Source: an uncultured cyanobacterium
GTDB lineage: Bacteria; Cyanobacteriota; Cyanobacteriia; Cyanobacteriales; CAWCAG01
Assembly (NCBI GenBank): GCA_963793425.1
Contig: CAWCAG010000001.1
Coordinates: 160,001-224,000, forward strand
Direction: 5' to 3'
DNA: 64,000 nt
Shown one piece after another: positions 1 to 12,402 of this stretch. Numbering within the stretch: position 1 is the stretch's first letter; each line of letters opens with the position of its first letter. A program made the position numbers and the translations under genes. The notes under the pieces are model-generated. The model was not told the DNA's origin and did no database searches. It saw only the letters and a program-made list of their open reading frames with translations.

Positions 1-79
1 GAGTGGATCTCCAAGCAGCGAGTTGTCCAAGAATATCCTCAAGGACTCAATGAATACAGCACCAGAAGAAACCTCCATA

Positions 80-275
80 GATTGTCCTCCCCTAACCACA
101 GCAAGCTGCTTAGCTAAACGCTCTATCTTATCAGCCCGCTTTTGAGTACGAGTCTTCTTAAACTGGCGATAGTGATGAAGAGGGATAGGGCCACCTACAG
201 GAGTATAGGGGCCATAACGCTGTTCTCGATGTTCAACATAAAGTTGGTGATCGAATAAACCCCATAAGATGTAGC
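80..275 (-). pseudogene. Probable remnant of a DDE/IS481-like transposase C-terminus
   Basis: The minus strand translates to WGLFDHQLYVEHREQRYGPYTPVGGPIPLHHYRQFKKTRTQKRADKIERLAKQL, which resembles from memory the C-terminus of IS481-like transposases. There is an upstream in-frame stop and no start codon. Confidence 0.45.
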
Positions 276-362
276 CGTTTTTTGTACCAAAATTCTTCGC
301 TCAGAGCTACGAAATGGTATATAATATCTAACAGCAACGACAAGCCGTACACTGATCATTGA

Positions 363-2297
363 TCATTGATTTATTCCCCACCTTTTTTTACTAGAACTAC
401 TCAACTTTTCCTGCCAATAAGGAATATTAGGATGATCTGGTTCGACTCTTTGCCACATACCTAACCAAGAGTGAGCAGGACTTTTTTCATTTTGAGCCAA
501 ATAAAACTCAATTTGTGTTTGACAGTAAAGGGAAAATTCTTGGTAATGAAAACTTTTCCACTGCAACATAGATTTTAGTAACTTTCCTGCGGCATCATAA
601 TCTTTTTCTTGAATATGTCTTCTGGCTAAATTAATCCGGGCAAAAGCATAGTTAGGATGTTGTTCAATGATTTGCTTAACTAAATCTAAAGCCTCTTCTT
701 CACGCCCTTGCTGTTCGTAAGCAACGCTCAAATTAAACATCAAATCAGGGGCACTTGGCTCTTTTTCTAAACATTTTTGTAGAATGACTTCAGCTTCTTG
801 GAATTTGTCTGTTTTTAAGCAAGAAATTGCTTCTCCAAGAGCTTTATTAATTTTAGAACCATGATTTTGGGTCGGTTCGTCGTGAATCTCCATCCCCAAC
901 AAAAGTATTTCTTGCCAAGATCCTTGTAACCACATCCGCACCTCTCCGGCAGGAATTAAGCCTGCTTCTGAGGCTATTTGAGCAGCTTCTTGGCGCATCA
1001 CATCTGGCCCTTGATCTCCCAAAGCAAAATCTTTCAATATTGCCAGCATTTCTGGAGTTTCAGCCATTGAAGCTAAGTACAAAACAAACTGTCTAACGGA
1101 AGGGTCGCCTCGTTCTAATAAGATAGGAATTAATGTGACTAATTCTGGGTGCTTTTGTAAATAACCTTGGGCTTTTTCACTATGGGTTTTACCTTCTTCT
1201 CGAAACAACTCTAGCAACTCAGTTACCATCGCTGAAGTAATCCAACTAGTTATAGGAAAAGCCCAGGCAGGATGGTGTTCACTAGGGAGTTTTTTGTGGT
1301 TAGCTAAATTGTTTTGTGCCAGTTCAAATCCTGGGGATTCTTCAAGAATTTCTTGCCAAATTTGTACGGCTTTTTTCCCATTTCCTTGGTTAACATAAGC
1401 TACAGCAGCTAGGTGTTGTAGTAAAGGAGTATAAATTTGGGGGTCAGTCTTTTCATAAATTGCGATCGCTCCAGCATCATCCCCTAAATAAGAAAGTGCT
1501 TCCGCTTGTTTGATTGGTAAATCCTCAGACTTATGTTCAACTAGTTTTAGCTTTTCCCCCACTGGCTTTGCTTCTTCAATTTGTCCGTTTAAGACCAAAA
1601 AGCGACAGAGATTACTTAAGGCATGGAAATTATCGGGGTCTTTATCTAAAACATTTTGAGCGGCTTGAATAGCTTTGGGAGTATTGTTTTCTGCCCAATA
1701 GGAAAGACTAATATTATTGTGTGCCGGAGCAAAATTGGGTTGATGAACGAGGATTTGTTCTTCTAATTGCCGAGCTTTTGGTAATTCCCCTCTCTCTAGT
1801 GCAGACATAGCTTGCTCATGTAATAAAGCTAAGTCGCGGCCATTTTCTCCTGATAAACCCATTTCCTTAATGAGTTCCTCAAGAGTGTTTTCTATGTTAA
1901 CTACTGTTTGCTTAATTTCTTGAGCTTTTTCATCATCAGGATAGGCTTGAAGAAATTCTTTAAAAGCCCCCACTGCCATTAAGGGTCGAGTATTATTCAT
2001 ATAAGCCCCGGCTAACCCCAACATGGCCTCTTTATTTTTAGAGTCAACAGCCAAAAGTTTCTCTACCGCTTGCTCATAGGCTTTGATATCCCCTAGTACA
2101 TAACAAAAATTAGCTCTTGCTGATAATACTTCTTGATAATTAGGAAAACGTTCTTCAAGTTCTGTTAATAAATCTTCTGCTTTTTGCCACTGTTGCTGAG
2201 AAAGAAATTTTTCGACTCTAATAATGCCAGATTTCAAGGCTTGAGTATTGGTGACAAAACCACCAGCAGGTTTAGAACGTTTCTTTCTTTTGGCCAT
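363..2297 (-). CDS. Tetratricopeptide repeat protein
   Basis: 644-aa ORF with many TPR-like helical repeats (e.g. AHNNISLSYW, LMFNLSVAYEQQG). Confidence 0.85.
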   Translation of the reverse strand: MAKRKKRSKPAGGFVTNTQALKSGIIRVEKFLSQQQWQKAEDLLTELEERFPNYQEVLSARANFCYVLGDIKAYEQAVEKLLAVDSKNKEAMLGLAGAYMNNTRPLMAVGAFKEFLQAYPDDEKAQEIKQTVVNIENTLEELIKEMGLSGENGRDLALLHEQAMSALERGELPKARQLEEQILVHQPNFAPAHNNISLSYWAENNTPKAIQAAQNVLDKDPDNFHALSNLCRFLVLNGQIEEAKPVGEKLKLVEHKSEDLPIKQAEALSYLGDDAGAIAIYEKTDPQIYTPLLQHLAAVAYVNQGNGKKAVQIWQEILEESPGFELAQNNLANHKKLPSEHHPAWAFPITSWITSAMVTELLELFREEGKTHSEKAQGYLQKHPELVTLIPILLERGDPSVRQFVLYLASMAETPEMLAILKDFALGDQGPDVMRQEAAQIASEAGLIPAGEVRMWLQGSWQEILLLGMEIHDEPTQNHGSKINKALGEAISCLKTDKFQEAEVILQKCLEKEPSAPDLMFNLSVAYEQQGREEEALDLVKQIIEQHPNYAFARINLARRHIQEKDYDAAGKLLKSMLQWKSFHYQEFSLYCQTQIEFYLAQNEKSPAHSWLGMWQRVEPDHPNIPYWQEKLSSSSKKRWGINQ

Positions 2298-2431
2298 GAG
2301 TTTAAGTTCAGGATTAATCTTTACTTAATAGTTTATCTAGATTAGACAATAGTCAAGTCAAAAAGGCTCCCCAGCTCCCCAGCCAAAAAAATCGAAACCT
2401 ACACTTGTAAGCCCCGTCCCTCTATCTCAAC

Positions 2432-3442
2432 TCAAACCTCAGACCCAGCAACACTTAAAGTCTGGAAACAAACCCGATTTCGCCCCTTTCTTTTCGCTTC
2501 ATAAAGAGCATTATCTGCTTGATTAATTAAACTTTCAGGAGAGCAAGCGGGGTCAGGAATAGTACTAGCAATACCAAAACTCAGAGTAATATAGTTGCTG
2601 ATTAGGGAACCTACATGGGGAATAGCTAAAGAATGCAAATGTTGTTTAATGTTTTCCGCCACTTTAACAGCCCCCTCTCCGCCAGTATTAGGTAAAATAA
2701 TGGCGAACTCTTCTCCTCCATAACGAGCCGCCAAATCTCCGGGGCGCTTGGTATTAGCTCCGATAATCTGAGCTACTTTGAGCAAACATTTATCTCCAGC
2801 TAAATGACCGTAAGTATCGTTATAAGCTTTAAAGAAGTCTACATCGCAGAGGATTAAAGAGAAAGATTGTTTCTGTCTTGTCATCCGTTTCCATTCGTAA
2901 AGAAAAGTTTGATCAAAACAGCGACGATTAGCAATCTGAGTTAAACCGTCCACACTAGCAAGACGGTGTAGCTTTTGATTGGTAATTTCTAACTCTTCGC
3001 TGAGCATTTTTTCTCTCTCGATCTGTAGCTTTAGTTCTTGCACTAGCCACCAGGTCTGAATTAAACGGCGAACTCGCTGGCGCAAAACAGCCCAGTGAAT
3101 TGGTTTGGTGATATAGTCTGTGGCCCCCACATCAAAAGCTAAATCTACAGAAGTTTGATCCTCTAGGGCCGTAATCATTAATACAGGAGGACAATTTTTG
3201 CCTAATAACTTATGCAATTGAGCGCAGCAAGTAAAACCATCTATGCCTGGCATCATCGCATCTAATAACACCAGATCCGGCTGTTGTTTGAGGCAAATTT
3301 CTAGACACTCTTCTCCATCACAAGCATCAATAACTTTATATCCTTCTTTAGCCATTGCTCGACGCAAGACCATTCTGACGGTTTTCTCGTCATCTACAAT
3401 CAGAATTAAGGGGGACTTTTTCCGTAGTTCAGGCTCAATCAT
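2432..3442 (-). CDS. Response regulator receiver + GGDEF diguanylate cyclase (PleD-like)
   Basis: N-terminal REC domain ([22 protein letters not shown]) and a GGEEF active site preceded by an RPGD I-site. Overlaps the stop of the upstream kinase. Confidence 0.93.
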   Translation of the reverse strand: MIEPELRKKSPLILIVDDEKTVRMVLRRAMAKEGYKVIDACDGEECLEICLKQQPDLVLLDAMMPGIDGFTCCAQLHKLLGKNCPPVLMITALEDQTSVDLAFDVGATDYITKPIHWAVLRQRVRRLIQTWWLVQELKLQIEREKMLSEELEITNQKLHRLASVDGLTQIANRRCFDQTFLYEWKRMTRQKQSFSLILCDVDFFKAYNDTYGHLAGDKCLLKVAQIIGANTKRPGDLAARYGGEEFAIILPNTGGEGAVKVAENIKQHLHSLAIPHVGSLISNYITLSFGIASTIPDPACSPESLINQADNALYEAKRKGRNRVCFQTLSVAGSEV

Positions 3443-6400
3443 GGTCGCTTGGGTTGGCTATGTGTTCTCTTTGCAAGGCATCAACTACTCTTTTGTACTC
3501 AACCTGGAGTCGTTCTAGTAATTTGTCTACTCCGGTGGTAGTACCGATACGGCCAATCATTTCAATTTCTCCAGCTATACGTCCTAGAGGTATAGCCCCT
3601 ACAGTAAGGCTTAAAGATTTGAGGGCGTGGGCAGATTCTCTTAAGGTTAAGAGGTTGCTGGTAGCTAAGGCAGAACGAATTGATTCTATTCTTAAGGGTG
3701 CATCTTCAAGATAACTATCAAGCATTTCTTGGAAGCTATTCTCTTCTCCAGTGTTGAAAAGGGTTTTTAAACTAGTAAGTACTTGCTCATCTAAAGGCTT
3801 TACACTAGCTTCTGATGGTTCTTCTAAAGACTCACTATCTTCTAGATGATTCTCCTTGAACAAAACTTGAGGAATATTACCATTAGTTTGGGATAATGAG
3901 GTCATGAAGATTTCTCGCTCTGCCAACTCTTGCTTTTCAAGTTCTTCTTGCTCTAAGCTAAGAGGCAGTATGGATAATTCTTGGTTATAGCCGTTAGTTG
4001 CAGAACCTGTCTCTTCGTGTTCTTCGTGTTCTTCGTGTTCTGCTTGTTCTGCTTGTTCTTCGGTGATAATCTTGCCATACTTACTTAATATATTGACCAA
4101 ATCTTCTGTACGTACAGGCTTACTAATATAATCATCCATACCTGCATCAAGGCACTCTTCGCGATCTCCCCTCATTGCATGGGCTGTCATGGCCACAATC
4201 CGGGGTTGCTTTTCAGGAAGAATTCGTTTGCGAATACGAGTGGTAGCTTCTAAGCCGTCCATTTGGGGCATTTGTACATCCATAAAGACTAAATCATAGG
4301 ACTGGCGTTGTAAAGCTTCGATGGCTTCTATACCGTTATTGGCGACATCGGCGCGATAGCCTAAGCGTTGTAATAAAAGTAAGGCTACTTTTTGGTTAAC
4401 GACCACATCTTCCACTAAAAGGATGCGGAGAGGAAACTGAGAACCCAGTACTAACTCTGGGGTTGAGGGCAAGCTATTTTCAACTTTAACCGGGATTGGT
4501 TGGGAAGCCACAATGCGATTCAAAGCTTCGTAAAGTTGTGCTTGTTTGATCGGTTTGCTCAAAGAAGAGGCAAATCTCGCTCTACCACCAATTTCTTCTA
4601 AGCTAAGTTGCCCCACTGAACTGAGCAAAACTAAAGGTAGGTCTTGATAGTCAGGTAAAGCCCGAATCTCTGCTGCTAAGGTGATACCATCCATTTCTGG
4701 CATCTGCATATCAAGGATGGCGAGATCAAATTTTTCCCCAGCTTTGAGCCACTGCAAAGCTACTAAACCAGACTCGGCGGCCTTGATTTTCATCCCCCAA
4801 GAGCGTGCTTGCATGGTGAGGATTTTGCGGTTAGTTTGATTATCATCCACAATCAGCAAGCGTTTATTTTTTAACTCTGGTTGAGGAACTTTGAGGTTAA
4901 CCCAATCTTCATCAGGAGCAGTAGTTCCTTGGATGGTGAAGTGGAAAGTAGAACCCTCCCCAATTTCACTTTCTACCCACATTTTGCCTGCCATTGACTC
5001 GCTTAAACGCTTGCTAATCGCTAAACCTAAGCCCGTACCGCCATATTGCCTGGTCATGGAGGCATCAACTTGGCTGAAGGGTTTAAACAGCCTTTCTAAC
5101 CTTTCTGTGGGGATGCCAATGCCTGTATCCCTAACTGAGAAATGAATTTCGTAGGTGGGGTGAGAATTTTCTTGCTCTTGAGTTAAAACCTCAGCTTCGA
5201 CAGAAACAATTACTTCCCCAGATTCAGTAAACTTGACAGCATTGCTCAGTAAATTAGTTAAAATCTGTCTGAGGCGGGTCACATCCCCTACTACCATAGA
5301 AGGGGTTTGTTGCCCTAATAAATAAGCTAGTTCTAATCCTTTGGCGCTTGCTTGGGAAGCAACTAAATCTAAGGCTGACTCTATACAGGCTCGGAGGTTA
5401 AAAGGCTGCTCTTCTAGCTCTAACTTACCTGATTCTATTTTAGAAAAGTCGAGGATATCATTAATAATGGTGAGGAGAGAATCACTACTATTACGAACAG
5501 TATTAACAAAATCTTCTTGCTGATAATCTAATTCCGTATCCAACAACAAACCCGTCATACCAATGATGGCATTCATGGGGGTACGGATTTCGTGACTCAT
5601 CATGGCCAGAAACTCACTCTTAGAGCGATTGGCTTTTTCTGCGGCTCTTTTGGCTTTCTCCAATTCCAAATTTTTAGTTGTTAGTAGAGAACCCTGTTGC
5701 TTTTCTTGTTCGAGGTAATGGGCTTGGGTAAGGGCAATTCCGACTTGATCTGCTACTGATTCAAGTAGCTTAATTTCTTTTTCACTCCAAGGACGGAAGC
5801 GATCGCATTGGTGTAAAACGATAACTCCGTTGGGTTGGTTATTATAAGATGTACGCACTGCCAGTAAGGATTTTAAATCTGCTTGGCGATAAATTTGGGC
5901 TGTGGTTTCCGGTAAATTCTGGTCATAAACATCCCCAATCGCCGTGGCTTTGTCTTGAGCTAAAATTTGCTCTTCTATGGGTAAAGAGATATCGACTAGG
6001 GAATCGTAGCCTGTTGCTAAATATTCTGCTACTAAAGGAACTTCCGGTTGAATTTGGGTAGTATAACTATAAATTAAGCAGCGATTAACCCCAAAGGTTT
6101 GCCCAATTAAATCAACGGTGGTTTGGAAAATTTGTTGACTAGAGAGGGTGGAGCGAATTTCTGTGGTAATACGTTTGAGAAGGTGTGCTTGGTTAATTTG
6201 TTGCTCTAAGGCTTGTTTAGACCAAGAACGCTCAATTTCATTACCTACCCACTGGGCCATTAATTTGAGAATTTGGCGATCCCCGTTTTTAAAAGGCGTT
6301 AGTTTAGCTTGGGGACTCGAAAAGCTTAAGGTTCCATAAATTTGTCCATTTACCACTACTCCTACCCCAATATAGGCTTCGAGCTTGAAAATACCGCCGT

Positions 6401-8045
6401 AAGCAGGGTGATTGCGCCATTCAGATTTCCCGGCAGCCACAAAACTAATGGGTTCGTCGGCTAAAAGTGTCTCGCTACAGTAGGTTTGGCGGACATTTAA
6501 TTCTGTGCCAGGGGGAATGGAAAAAGGAAAGCTGGGGGGAGTTTGGCAAGCAATGACTTGATAACAATCTCCTTCTACCTGGGATAGTAGCCCAATTTCT
6601 AAGCCAAATCGTTCTCTTCCCATGGTCAAAAGTTTTTGTAACCTCTGGTCTAAATTGAGTTTCGGGGCAGAGGCTACTTCATGAAGGGTGCGAATGCCAG
6701 CTTCGGCGTCTCGGAGTTCAATTTCCGCTTGTTTACGCTCTGTAATCACTTCAGAGAACATAATGATGCCGCCAATTTCTTGGTCATTATTGCGCCAAGG
6801 GTGAATCTCCCATCTCACCCAATCTAAGGAACCATTACCATGGAGTATAGCTTCTTCTTCACATTTTTTAATTTCTCCTTCTAAACAAGCGTTATGGATT
6901 TGTTGAGTTGTTGGAGATGTATCCGGGAAAATTTCGTAGTAAGAGTGGCCCACTAATTCTTGTTTTTCTAAGTTGTGATCCCGTAACCAACGGTTGGAAG
7001 CTACTAGGTAGCGCATTTGCTTGTCGAACATCGCTACCCCCGCTGGAGTATACTCAACAAAAAGGCGAACCCTGGCTTCACTTTGCTCTAAAGCGACTGC
7101 GGCTTCTTTACTTGAGGTGATATCCCGCGCCACCCAAATCACAGAATGCTCCGACATTGGAGAAATACTAGCAGCAAACCAAACTTGTTGTTCTCCTAAG
7201 CTTAAGTTGTACTCAAAATAGATTGTTTCTTGAGTGGTTAAGGAATTTTGTATGGCAGCGGAAAAGGTTTCTGCTTGGCTACCTGTTAAAAACTGGTTGA
7301 ATGTTTCGCTAATTACATCTATGCCCGGTTCGTAATTATGGGCATAGTTGGTGGGCATCACCTGTAAATTAGGGCCAGGAAATTCCACAACTAAGATAAT
7401 ATCAGTCATAGCTTCTAAAACAGCCCGCATTTCCGCTTCACTAGAGCGGAGTTTTTGCTCTAATAGCTTGCGATCAAAGCTCTCTTGGTTTTTCGCTTTG
7501 TTTGCTTCTTCTAGCTGTTGCGTCCCTTTGACAAGTTGCTGTTTTAGCTCAGTGATGGTTTTTTCTAAAATTTGCTCCTGAGTTTCTCTAGCAAACAAAG
7601 GCGCTTGGGCTAAACTCTCAATTTCAGGGAGATGTTGTTTAGATTCTAATAGTTTTAATAAATGGTTTTGGGTAACAATTCCTGCTACCTGATTTTCTTC
7701 ATTTACTACAGGAAGGTAAATAATATTACGTTGATTAAATAAGCTTAATAAGGAACTGAGATCGTAACTTTCTGTAGCTAATAGGGTGAAAGGTTGTCGA
7801 GTCATCACCGAAGCGACAGTAACTTCCCCTAAATTGTTATTATGGGTTATAACTTGCAGGAGATTACTCTCTGTAAAAATTCCTACTAGGTGTTTTTGTT
7901 CAACCACCAAAGCGTAACCAACCTCTCTCTGTTGCATTTGAGAAATAGTTTCTCTTACAGCAGCGTCGGCAGTTACAGTTAAGGGGTTTTTGGTGATTAC
8001 TTGCTTCAAGGTTAAAAACTTTGTGTGGGAATTATTAGCTGACAT
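3435..8045 (-). CDS. Hybrid sensor histidine kinase (CBS-PAS-PAS-GAF-GAF-HisKA-HATPase-REC-REC-Hpt)
   Basis: CBS pair, PAS/GAF segments, [15 protein letters not shown]-box, [22 protein letters not shown], two REC domains and an AHALKSLS Hpt motif. First ATG is at 8045 (the ORF track extends to 8066). Confidence 0.93.
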   Translation of the reverse strand: MSANNSHTKFLTLKQVITKNPLTVTADAAVRETISQMQQREVGYALVVEQKHLVGIFTESNLLQVITHNNNLGEVTVASVMTRQPFTLLATESYDLSSLLSLFNQRNIIYLPVVNEENQVAGIVTQNHLLKLLESKQHLPEIESLAQAPLFARETQEQILEKTITELKQQLVKGTQQLEEANKAKNQESFDRKLLEQKLRSSEAEMRAVLEAMTDIILVVEFPGPNLQVMPTNYAHNYEPGIDVISETFNQFLTGSQAETFSAAIQNSLTTQETIYFEYNLSLGEQQVWFAASISPMSEHSVIWVARDITSSKEAAVALEQSEARVRLFVEYTPAGVAMFDKQMRYLVASNRWLRDHNLEKQELVGHSYYEIFPDTSPTTQQIHNACLEGEIKKCEEEAILHGNGSLDWVRWEIHPWRNNDQEIGGIIMFSEVITERKQAEIELRDAEAGIRTLHEVASAPKLNLDQRLQKLLTMGRERFGLEIGLLSQVEGDCYQVIACQTPPSFPFSIPPGTELNVRQTYCSETLLADEPISFVAAGKSEWRNHPAYGGIFKLEAYIGVGVVVNGQIYGTLSFSSPQAKLTPFKNGDRQILKLMAQWVGNEIERSWSKQALEQQINQAHLLKRITTEIRSTLSSQQIFQTTVDLIGQTFGVNRCLIYSYTTQIQPEVPLVAEYLATGYDSLVDISLPIEEQILAQDKATAIGDVYDQNLPETTAQIYRQADLKSLLAVRTSYNNQPNGVIVLHQCDRFRPWSEKEIKLLESVADQVGIALTQAHYLEQEKQQGSLLTTKNLELEKAKRAAEKANRSKSEFLAMMSHEIRTPMNAIIGMTGLLLDTELDYQQEDFVNTVRNSSDSLLTIINDILDFSKIESGKLELEEQPFNLRACIESALDLVASQASAKGLELAYLLGQQTPSMVVGDVTRLRQILTNLLSNAVKFTESGEVIVSVEAEVLTQEQENSHPTYEIHFSVRDTGIGIPTERLERLFKPFSQVDASMTRQYGGTGLGLAISKRLSESMAGKMWVESEIGEGSTFHFTIQGTTAPDEDWVNLKVPQPELKNKRLLIVDDNQTNRKILTMQARSWGMKIKAAESGLVALQWLKAGEKFDLAILDMQMPEMDGITLAAEIRALPDYQDLPLVLLSSVGQLSLEEIGGRARFASSLSKPIKQAQLYEALNRIVASQPIPVKVENSLPSTPELVLGSQFPLRILLVEDVVVNQKVALLLLQRLGYRADVANNGIEAIEALQRQSYDLVFMDVQMPQMDGLEATTRIRKRILPEKQPRIVAMTAHAMRGDREECLDAGMDDYISKPVRTEDLVNILSKYGKIITEEQAEQAEHEEHEEHEETGSATNGYNQELSILPLSLEQEELEKQELAEREIFMTSLSQTNGNIPQVLFKENHLEDSESLEEPSEASVKPLDEQVLTSLKTLFNTGEENSFQEMLDSYLEDAPLRIESIRSALATSNLLTLRESAHALKSLSLTVGAIPLGRIAGEIEMIGRIGTTTGVDKLLERLQVEYKRVVDALQREHIANPSDHD
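4015..4061. repeat. 9-bp in-frame tandem repeat in the kinase linker (EQA/EHE repeats)
   Basis: (TTCGTGTTC)x3 followed by (TGCTTGTTC)x2, encoding [17 protein letters not shown]. Confidence 0.8.
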
Positions 8046-8289
8046 TATTATTTGGGTAGATGTCAAAGAAATATTTAATATTTAGTGTTTTAGATCGCAA
8101 CTTTGGGAATATTAAATAACTAAAACATTTTCTGTCCAAGCAAAATAAAATCCCCATTCCAAAATAACCTATGGAAATTGAGTTTGCTTTTTTTTGGGTA
8201 ATGTAATGTCTGCACCCTAACATGATTTTTCTGTTACTTTTTCCCCTAACCTTTACCCTTTACCCATCAATTTAAAAATTGACAGAGTA

Positions 8290-9126
8290 TTAGTCTGTCT
8301 TTAAATCAGCTTTAGCTTGCTGCCAAAGGGCTTCTAACTGCTCTAATCCATACTCTGTTAGGGAATTTTCAGCCAAGGTTTCCATCTTGGCAAAACGTTG
8401 ACTAAACCTTTTGTTAGTACCTTGCAATGCTTCTGTGGGATCTATATTGTACCAGCGTGCAATATTAATTAAAGTAAAGAGAATATCACCAAATTCTGCT
8501 TTTTGCTGAACTTCATCTTCTTTTTGTAAAGCCTCACGGAATTCGGCTAATTCCTCTTGAAACTTTTCCCATACTCCCTCGACATTTTCCCACTCAAATC
8601 CTTGCTGAGCAGCTTTTTGAGAAATTTTCATTCCTGCGGTTAAAGGAGGTAAACTTCGGGAATATTTAGCCAATTTACGACTGATTAATTGCGCCTCTTC
8701 TAAGGTTTCTCCCTTCTCTAGGGCTTTGATTTGTTCCCAATTATGACGCACCTCATCGGCACTATCAACTGAAACATTAGCAAACACATGGGGATGACGG
8801 CGAATTAATTTCTCGGTAATGCCTTGGGCTACTTCAGCAAGACTGAATTGTTGAGACTCCCCGGCAATTTGCGATTGTAATACCACCTGTAAGAGTAAAT
8901 CTCCTAATTCTTCGGCGATCGCCTGACTATCTCCAGTGCGAATGGCATCAACCACCTCATAAGCTTCTTCAATCACGTAGGGAATGAGAGTCTCTGGTGT
9001 TTGGGCTAAATCCCAGGGACAACCTCCTTGGGGGGATTGCAGTTGGGCAACCACTTCAACTAATCTTTCTAATGCTTCTAAGGTAGCTTGAGAGACAACT
9101 TGAGCCTTTTCCTCTGTGCTGGACAT
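8290..9126 (-). CDS. mazG: Nucleoside triphosphate pyrophosphohydrolase MazG
   Basis: GGCPWDLAQT, EEAYEVVDAI, EELGDLLLQV, KLIRRHPHVF and a second MazG domain EFGDILF. Confidence 0.95.
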   Translation of the reverse strand: MSSTEEKAQVVSQATLEALERLVEVVAQLQSPQGGCPWDLAQTPETLIPYVIEEAYEVVDAIRTGDSQAIAEELGDLLLQVVLQSQIAGESQQFSLAEVAQGITEKLIRRHPHVFANVSVDSADEVRHNWEQIKALEKGETLEEAQLISRKLAKYSRSLPPLTAGMKISQKAAQQGFEWENVEGVWEKFQEELAEFREALQKEDEVQQKAEFGDILFTLINIARWYNIDPTEALQGTNKRFSQRFAKMETLAENSLTEYGLEQLEALWQQAKADLKTD

Positions 9127-9173
9127 TGATTACCTTGGGGCTATTATGGATGATTGATTTTACAATTCAAGCC

Positions 9174-9722
9174 CTATTTCTTGCTTCGGGAAGACTTACT
9201 CTGATTAATCTTCTTGCGCCTTTTTTGCCAACGCTTGTAACTAGAGCCAGTCCAGTCACTGAAAGAATGACTCATTGCTCCTAATTCTAAACCAAGAAAA
9301 AGAGCGATTCCTTCAGCAGGGTAAAGATAAAACCAATCAAAAGTTTTTTGGGCAAATTCTTGCCAATTCCAAGTAAAGCCCCAAATTAGCTGGGCAATTG
9401 CTGTAATCAACATTCCCACCAGAGATAAAATGCCCAAAAAATAAACCAATCTTAAGCTAGTACCAATAATTAAGCCGTGGGATAAACTAGAACGGTGGCG
9501 GAGAGCTTTTTGATAAGGTCGCCAAATCCAGCGTAACCAGCCCCAACGCTTGTACTGCACAGAATAAATATCTAAATCCGGACCAAACATTAAGCCGCTA
9601 AACAGAAAAGTTGCTGCCACAATTAAAGTTAACTTAGGGTCACGAGTAACTAATAAAGTTAGCCCACTTACCCAAGGTAAACTCCACAAAGTGATGCGAT
9701 CATGGGTTTTACCAGAAGGCAT
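9174..9722 (-). CDS. DUF2227-like metal-binding membrane protein
   Basis: MPSGKTHD start, GPDLD, HRSSLSHG and SHSFSD motifs with hydrophobic helices. Confidence 0.75.
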   Translation of the reverse strand: MPSGKTHDRITLWSLPWVSGLTLLVTRDPKLTLIVAATFLFSGLMFGPDLDIYSVQYKRWGWLRWIWRPYQKALRHRSSLSHGLIIGTSLRLVYFLGILSLVGMLITAIAQLIWGFTWNWQEFAQKTFDWFYLYPAEGIALFLGLELGAMSHSFSDWTGSSYKRWQKRRKKINQSKSSRSKK

Positions 9723-9767
9723 AGAGTTTTTTTCGACAATTTGTGCTAATCTATTTAATGTTGCCTA

Positions 9768-9839
<72 letters not shown>

Positions 9840-9857
9840 TGTTTAAAATTTTTGCTA

Positions 9858-10499
9858 TTAACCATTGTTAAAAATAACAGAAAGGTTATTGGCAGGCATA
9901 GAAACTACTTCTTGTAAAGCGAAGTCACATTTCTTAGCAACTTCGATAACCTCATCAAGATCCCTTATACCCCACTCTGGGTTACGTTGCCGTAGGGAAA
10001 GATCAAAGTCTTGGTTACTTGGTGCAGTATGTTGGCCATCTTGCTTGAAAGGGCCATACAAATAAAGAATACCTCCTTTCGATAAAATACGCTTAGCCCC
10101 TGCCATCAAGCCTAAACAAGCTGCCCAAGGTGCAATATGAATCATATTAATGTTGACAATTGCGGTAATGGGATTATTTTGTAAGGTGGGTAATGGTTGC
10201 TTTTCAATCGACCATAGAGATTCTTGGACATCAATATCAACTGGGGAATGGAGATTATCTGCTGGTGAATCTTCACACCAAGCTTGAATACTTGCTCTGG
10301 CGAGGGGGTTGGGATCACTAGGCAACCAATGACGAGGGTATAAGGAAGGGGCAAAAAAGACAGCGTGTTCCCCTGTACCACTAGAAATTTCTAAAACTGT
10401 ACCTTGGGGAGGCAAAACTCGCGACAGTACAGCCAAAATAGGTTCCCGATTGCGTTGGGTTGCTGGTGCATAGCTTTTGGAGTCTTGATTTTGATTCAT
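9858..10499 (-). CDS. DUF938 family SAM-dependent methyltransferase
   Basis: APATQRNREPIL, VLEISSGTGEH, NMIHIAPW, LYGPF and MPANN motifs. Confidence 0.9.
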   Translation of the reverse strand: MNQNQDSKSYAPATQRNREPILAVLSRVLPPQGTVLEISSGTGEHAVFFAPSLYPRHWLPSDPNPLARASIQAWCEDSPADNLHSPVDIDVQESLWSIEKQPLPTLQNNPITAIVNINMIHIAPWAACLGLMAGAKRILSKGGILYLYGPFKQDGQHTAPSNQDFDLSLRQRNPEWGIRDLDEVIEVAKKCDFALQEVVSMPANNLSVIFNNG

Positions 10500-10876
10500 G
10501 TTCAGCAAAAGCCTCTATTTGTAGTAGCCTAACCCAGCCAAGATTGTGTGTTAGGGCGGGTTTATTTAGTTTGATGTCAATCTCACAATTTGACTCCAAA
10601 CCTGCCCCTACTATTGCATCATTTTAGCTGTGTCACGCCAGTAGCGTAACGCACCTTTGACTCTATATATGGTGTAGCTGCGTAAGTCCTGCTAAAGTAT
10701 GGTTTTATGTACTTCTCTAACATATTTCCGAACAGAGAGTTTTCGTATTCAGGAAAATTCTATAGAATTGATCAGAAAAATAAAAACAAAGCCATTATTT
10801 ATTATCTTCACACTGATTTTTTACTCTAGCTTTTGCTGTGAAGGGAAGAGGATTTTCGCAAATGATAATATTTCCT

Positions 10877-12220
10877 TCACTGTTTACTTGCTAACTTTTT
10901 TAACTGCTGTGAAATCTCCACCTTAAAAGGAACTGGCTTACTTATTTGTACTGTTGAACTTGGTAAACTAGCCACAGAATTAGCACTACGTTCACTAATA
11001 GTTTCTAAAGAATCTGCTTCATTGCAACATTCTCCTTGCTTCATCACTAACCTTAAAAGACTTTCTTCCCCCGCTTGAGGAACTTCTGTCGCTAAACCTA
11101 ATCTATCTTGAATAAACTTACTTCCTTGCCTTTGACGAAAAATCTGTTTTTTGCCAGGATAAGTACTCTTATTTAAAGACTTCTTGCTAGTAGGAATACC
11201 ATCAATTTCTACTAACTTATAAACCCCATTTACTGGCGCACCGGTAACTAACTTTGTTCCTAAGCCATAACCATTAATACAAGCCCCAGATTCCTTTAAT
11301 TGGGCAATCTTCCACTCATCTAAATCTCCGCTAGCAAAAATAGTCACCTCTGGTAAAAGCGATCGCACCTTCTGGGATAAGTTAACTAAGTCCCCAGAAT
11401 CTAAACGTATTCCTGTTAAATGCCGTTTCCCTGCTTTTACTTCCTCTGCCAACCGACTAGCCGCAGCGATAGTATCGTAAGTATCAATCAACAAAGGGGC
11501 TTGAGGAAAATAACGGCTAAAAGCGGTGAAAGCTTCATCTTCTCCCCCCGCCATTGCACCTATAGCCATAACTAAAGCATGAGCCATTGTACCAGAGGGT
11601 TTACGCCCTAGTTTTAAAGCGGCTAAAACATTAGAAGTGCCATCTAATCCTCCCGCGATTCCAGCCCTAGCAGCCCATATAGCCCCTTGGGGACTAAAAG
11701 CCCTTCGTGTACCAAATTCCAACAAAATCGCTTCTTTCCCTGCAACCTGGCGTAAGCGGGCAGCTTTGGTGGCGATTAAGGTTTGGTAGTTAATGGTGTT
11801 GAGGAGATAAGTTTCTACCAATTGTGCTTGCCAGAGGGGGGCTTCGATCCGTAATAATGGTTCATGGGCAAAAACCGCTGTCCCTTCTGGAATTGCCCAC
11901 ACATCCCCAGTAAAGCTACCTGATTCTAGCAAAGTCCAGAATTGCTCTGGCGCTTGGTTGAAAATTCCTGTTTGTTGTAAGGAAGCAATTTGTTGAGGAG
12001 TGAAACGCAGCTTTTGTAAGTATTCCAAAGCTTGGGTTAAGCCCATAGCAATTAAATAGCCATAGTTTTCTGGCAAGCGACGGGTAAATAGTTCAAAGCT
12101 GGCAGGCTTTGTAGCTAAGTCTTCCCCGACATAACAAGCTGTCATGGTTAGCTGATACAAGTCAGTTAACAGGCTATAATCCTCGCTAACCACAGTTAAT
12201 TCTTGTTCTTTGGTAATCAT
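10877..12220 (-). CDS. pncB: Nicotinate phosphoribosyltransferase
   Basis: LLTDLYQLTM, EFGTRRA, GTMAH, LIDTYD and GIRLDSGDL motifs. Confidence 0.95.
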   Translation of the reverse strand: MITKEQELTVVSEDYSLLTDLYQLTMTACYVGEDLATKPASFELFTRRLPENYGYLIAMGLTQALEYLQKLRFTPQQIASLQQTGIFNQAPEQFWTLLESGSFTGDVWAIPEGTAVFAHEPLLRIEAPLWQAQLVETYLLNTINYQTLIATKAARLRQVAGKEAILLEFGTRRAFSPQGAIWAARAGIAGGLDGTSNVLAALKLGRKPSGTMAHALVMAIGAMAGGEDEAFTAFSRYFPQAPLLIDTYDTIAAASRLAEEVKAGKRHLTGIRLDSGDLVNLSQKVRSLLPEVTIFASGDLDEWKIAQLKESGACINGYGLGTKLVTGAPVNGVYKLVEIDGIPTSKKSLNKSTYPGKKQIFRQRQGSKFIQDRLGLATEVPQAGEESLLRLVMKQGECCNEADSLETISERSANSVASLPSSTVQISKPVPFKVEISQQLKKLASKQ

Positions 12221-12402
12221 TTTTGGTGCAATGTGTGGCTGATTTCACAATTATAGTAACTTTTACCAAAATTGTCTGGTTGCTAATTGCTAGTTGCTAC
12301 AATCTTCGGGGGTAAAATATAAAACTAAGAACATGACAGGAGAAGAAGCGATCGCCGCGTACTCATCCTTATTAGAAAAACAATAAGCTAAGACGCATTT
12401 AT

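Noticed and set aside
1..78. Possible gene start on the minus strand (GGAGGA then ATG at 78)
   Set aside because: Only 26 codons are visible before the window edge, so it cannot be supported.
5730..6700. Cyanobacteriochrome GAF photoreceptor
   Set aside because: No recognisable bilin-binding DxCF or CH motif in either GAF domain.
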